DNA of 64,000 nt from Macrostomum lignano. Lineage: Eukaryota. The notes beneath the pieces are model-generated. The model did no database searches, had not been told where the DNA came from, and worked only from the letters and a program-made list of their open reading frames with translations. Made by a program: the position numbers and the translations under genes. Positions 60,990 through 64,000 of this stretch are shown here, in pieces. The DNA is taken from assembly GCA_002269645.1 (NCBI GenBank), contig NIVC01001689.1, positions 124,001 through 188,000 of the forward strand, given 5' to 3'. Every line of letters begins with the position of its first letter. Position 1 is the stretch's first letter.

Positions 60990-61250
60990 CTATGGTCCGC
61001 AGCCAATGGTTCGCTAATCAGATGCCAGCTTGAATTGTCTATGGCCCACAGCCTGTGACAGGCCAATCAGATGCCAGCTTGAATTGTCTATGGCCCACAG
61101 CCTGACAGGCCAATCAGATGCCAGCTTGAACTGTCTATGGCCCATAGCCTGTGACAGGCCAATCAGATGCTATGCTAGATTGAACTGTCTATGGCCCACA
61201 GCCCGTGATTGGGCAATCAAATGCCAGTTTGAACTGTCTATGGCCCAGCC
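60990..61250. repeat. ~49-bp minisatellite, ~5 copies
   Basis: GCCAATCAGATGCCAGCTTGAATTGTCTATGGCCCACAGCCTGTGACAG. Confidence 0.9.
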
Positions 61251-61999
61251 CCGACATGCCTATAAAAGTGACACATTTTCCTCAGAAACAAGCATTTCTC
61301 CCAATAAAATCGGGGCAGTTCTGTCAAAGTCTGTCTCATCAGCTCTTTCGGTCGTATCTCTGGAATGCGCCTGAGAACTGTTTGAGTTAATTAAAGCCAG
61401 GCTATGCCGCTCATTGCTCAAGGCGGGGCTCTGAGCAGCCATGCGTCTGACACATTGGACTGAGAGGTCGGGTCACTCTCAAACGGGCTGACTTAGCAGT
61501 GATTACGCAATCCACTCGGCAGCAGATTTTGTCCCGCAAGAAAATAAGAAAGAAATGAGCTCAGTTGGAGTTCTTACTAGCAGAAATAAGTCTGCTGCTA
61601 GCCAGCCGACTTTTTTATTCCATGACCAATTAAAACTAATTGGCATGCAATTTGAGGCCATGCTCGCTGATGTCTCTGCTCTTACTGTGAGCTGTGGCTG
61701 TGGCTGTGGCTGTGGAGGTCCCCACCGACAAATTATCAAGTTGAGAACAAAATGAGAGATTGTCGGTCTATGAGCTGCTTGTGAAAATTGTCTAATTATT
61801 GTTTTTTATTGTCTGCGGAGACCAGGGGGGGTCGCGTTTTTTTCTGGAATCTTTCCGAACAAGAGTATGGCGAGCTGTATAGTTGCTGGGCTGGCTCTGT
61901 ACGTTCACGCGTGAATGTGTGAGAGAGTGCTGACCTGCCCGCGATGCTGGCTGGGTATCATTATGCAAAATAAATGGGGAGATGGGGCAAGGAGGGAGA

Positions 62000-62608
62000 T
62001 AGGGGAGACAGAGAGGAAGACGGAGAGCGACAGACGGAGGCGAAGAAGGAGACAGAGAGGGAGACAGAGAGGGAGACAGAGAGGGATACAGAGAGGGAGA
62101 CAGAGAGGGAGACAGAGAGGGAGACAGAGAGGGAGACAGAGAGGGAGACAGAGAGGGAGACAGAGAGGGAGACAGAGAGGGAGACAGAGAGGGAGACAGA
62201 GAGGGAGACAGAGAGGGAGACAGAGAGGGAGACAGAGAGGGAGACAGAGAGGGAGACAGAGAGGGAGACAGAGAGGGAGACAGACGGAGACAAAGAGGGA
62301 GACAGAGAGGGAGACAGAGAGGGAGACAGAGAGGGAGACAGAGAGGGAGACAGAGAGGGAGACAGAGAGGGAGACAGAGAGGGAGACAGAGAGGGAGACA
62401 GAGAGGGAGACAGAGAGGGAGACAGAGAGGGAGACAGAGAGGGAGACAGAGAGGGAGACAGAGGGGGAGACAGAGAGGGAGACAGAGAGGGAGACAGAGA
62501 GGGAGACAGAGAGGGAGACCGAGAGGGATACAGAGAGGGATACAGAGAGGGAGACAGAGAGGGAGACAGAGAGCGAGACAGAGAGGGAGACAGAGAGGGA
62601 GACAGAGA
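62000..62608. repeat. 12-bp purine array (GAGAGGGAGACA)n
   Basis: Near-perfect. Confidence 0.96.
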
Positions 62609-63074
62609 AACCAAGAGTTCATACAGGCAAATCTGCCAAAGCCGCCTCAGCCCGCACTCAGCTCAACATGCTCAAAGAGTCTTCTTTTCCCCCAAGCCGC
62701 CGCAGTGGCCTCCAGAACGAGTCGGCACTGAGAATGCAATTTTCTCAGAATGCAGGGGTTGCTGGGCGGGCCGGACAGACAGTGAGGCAGGAGTCAATCA
62801 GAATCCCAGCGAGTCCCTTGTCAGACTTGATTTGCCTTTTGCCCGTTCCGTCAATTCAAACCGCCGCTGTGGCCGACTGTCCCTGGGATAATGAGGATTT
62901 CATAAAGCTATTCGAATTCGAATTCCAGAGGTGGACAGGCGAAGGTGACGTCCTTTTTAATGCGTTCGAATTGAGCGAAGGTGGATGGGAAGGGGCCGTT
63001 TGAGAGGAATTTGGACTGCTTCTCTGCGGTCTTTTTCACTTCTCTTCTTGCTCTGGCGAAACTTACTTCATTGA

Positions 63075-64000
63075 ACCCTTCATACCCACCTTCTCCCTTC
63101 ATCTCTCTACCTCTCTCCCTTCATCTCTCCATCTCTGTCTTCATGCCCACCTTCTCCCTTCATCTCTCTACCTCTCTCCCTTCATCTCTCTATCTCTGTC
63201 TTCATACCCACCTTCTCCCTTCATCTCTCTACCTCTCCCTTCATCTCTCTACCTCTCCCTTCATCTCTCTATCTCTGTCTTCATACCCACCTTCTCCCTT
63301 CATCTCTCTACCTCTCTCCCTTCATCTCTCTATCTCTGTCTTCATGCCCACCTTCTCCCTTCATCTCTCTACCTCTCCCTTCATCTCTCTATCTCTGTCT
63401 TCATACCCACCTTCTCCCTTCATCTCTCTACCTCTCTCCCTTCATCTCTCTATCTCTGTCTTCATCTCTTTACCTCTCCCTTCATCTCTCTACCTCTCTC
63501 CCTTCATCTCTCTATCTCTGTCTTCATACCCACCTTCTCCCTTCATCTCTCTACCTCTCTCCCTTCATCTCTCCATCTCTGTCTTCATGCCCACCTTCTC
63601 CCTTCATCTCTCTACCTCTGCCTTCATCTCTCTATCTCTGCCTTCATACCCACCTTCTCCCTTCATCTCTCTACCTTTCTCCCTTCATCTCTCTATCTCT
63701 GCCTTCATACCCACCTTCTCCCTTCATCTCTCTACCTCTCCCTTCATCTCTCTACCTCTACCTTCATCTCTTTACCTCTCCCTTCATCTCTCTACCTCTC
63801 CCTTCATCTCTTTACCTCTCCCTTCATCTCTCTACCTCTCCCTTCATCTCTTTACCTCTCCCTTCATCTCTCTAACCTCTCCCTTCATCTATTTACCTCT
63901 CCCTTCATCTCTCTACCTCTCCCTTCATCTCTCTACCTCTCCCTTCATCTCTCTACCTCTCCCTTCATCTCTCTATCTCCCTTTATCTTTCTACCTCTCC
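63075..64000. repeat. CT-rich composite minisatellite running off the window end
   Basis: CTTCATCTCTCTACCTCTCTCC and CTTCATACCCACCTTCTCC variants. Confidence 0.95.

Noticed and set aside
59502-63003. ORFs of 217-362 aa
   Set aside because: Derived from the 39-bp and 12-bp arrays.

Overview
Eukaryotic (invertebrate animal) genomic DNA. The GC-rich exons with poly-CAG runs and the dense intronic minisatellites resemble the flatworm Macrostomum, but that is an inference. Three spliced genes were assembled by hand, all on the minus strand, with every intron GT-AG and in frame. (1) NUDT6-like Nudix hydrolase: 2 exons, 7533-9005, 293 aa. (2) Divergent AGC-group Ser/Thr kinase with GRK-like features: 5 exons, 13591-28933, 596 aa; its third intron is filled by a ~10.3 kb satellite. 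(3) delta1-like protocadherin with 7 cadherin repeats: 6 coding exons, 30804-41635, 1166 aa. About 30 distinct tandem arrays make up much of the rest, with a few MITE/Helitron-like remnants. Most long ORFs in the supplied track are repeat artefacts. No tRNA, rRNA, CRISPR or intact transposase/RT gene was seen. The most striking unexplained pattern is that 9 of the 10 coding-region introns carry their own private tandem array, mostly close to the splice sites. Repeat boundaries are approximate. I cannot confirm a new biological system from sequence alone.
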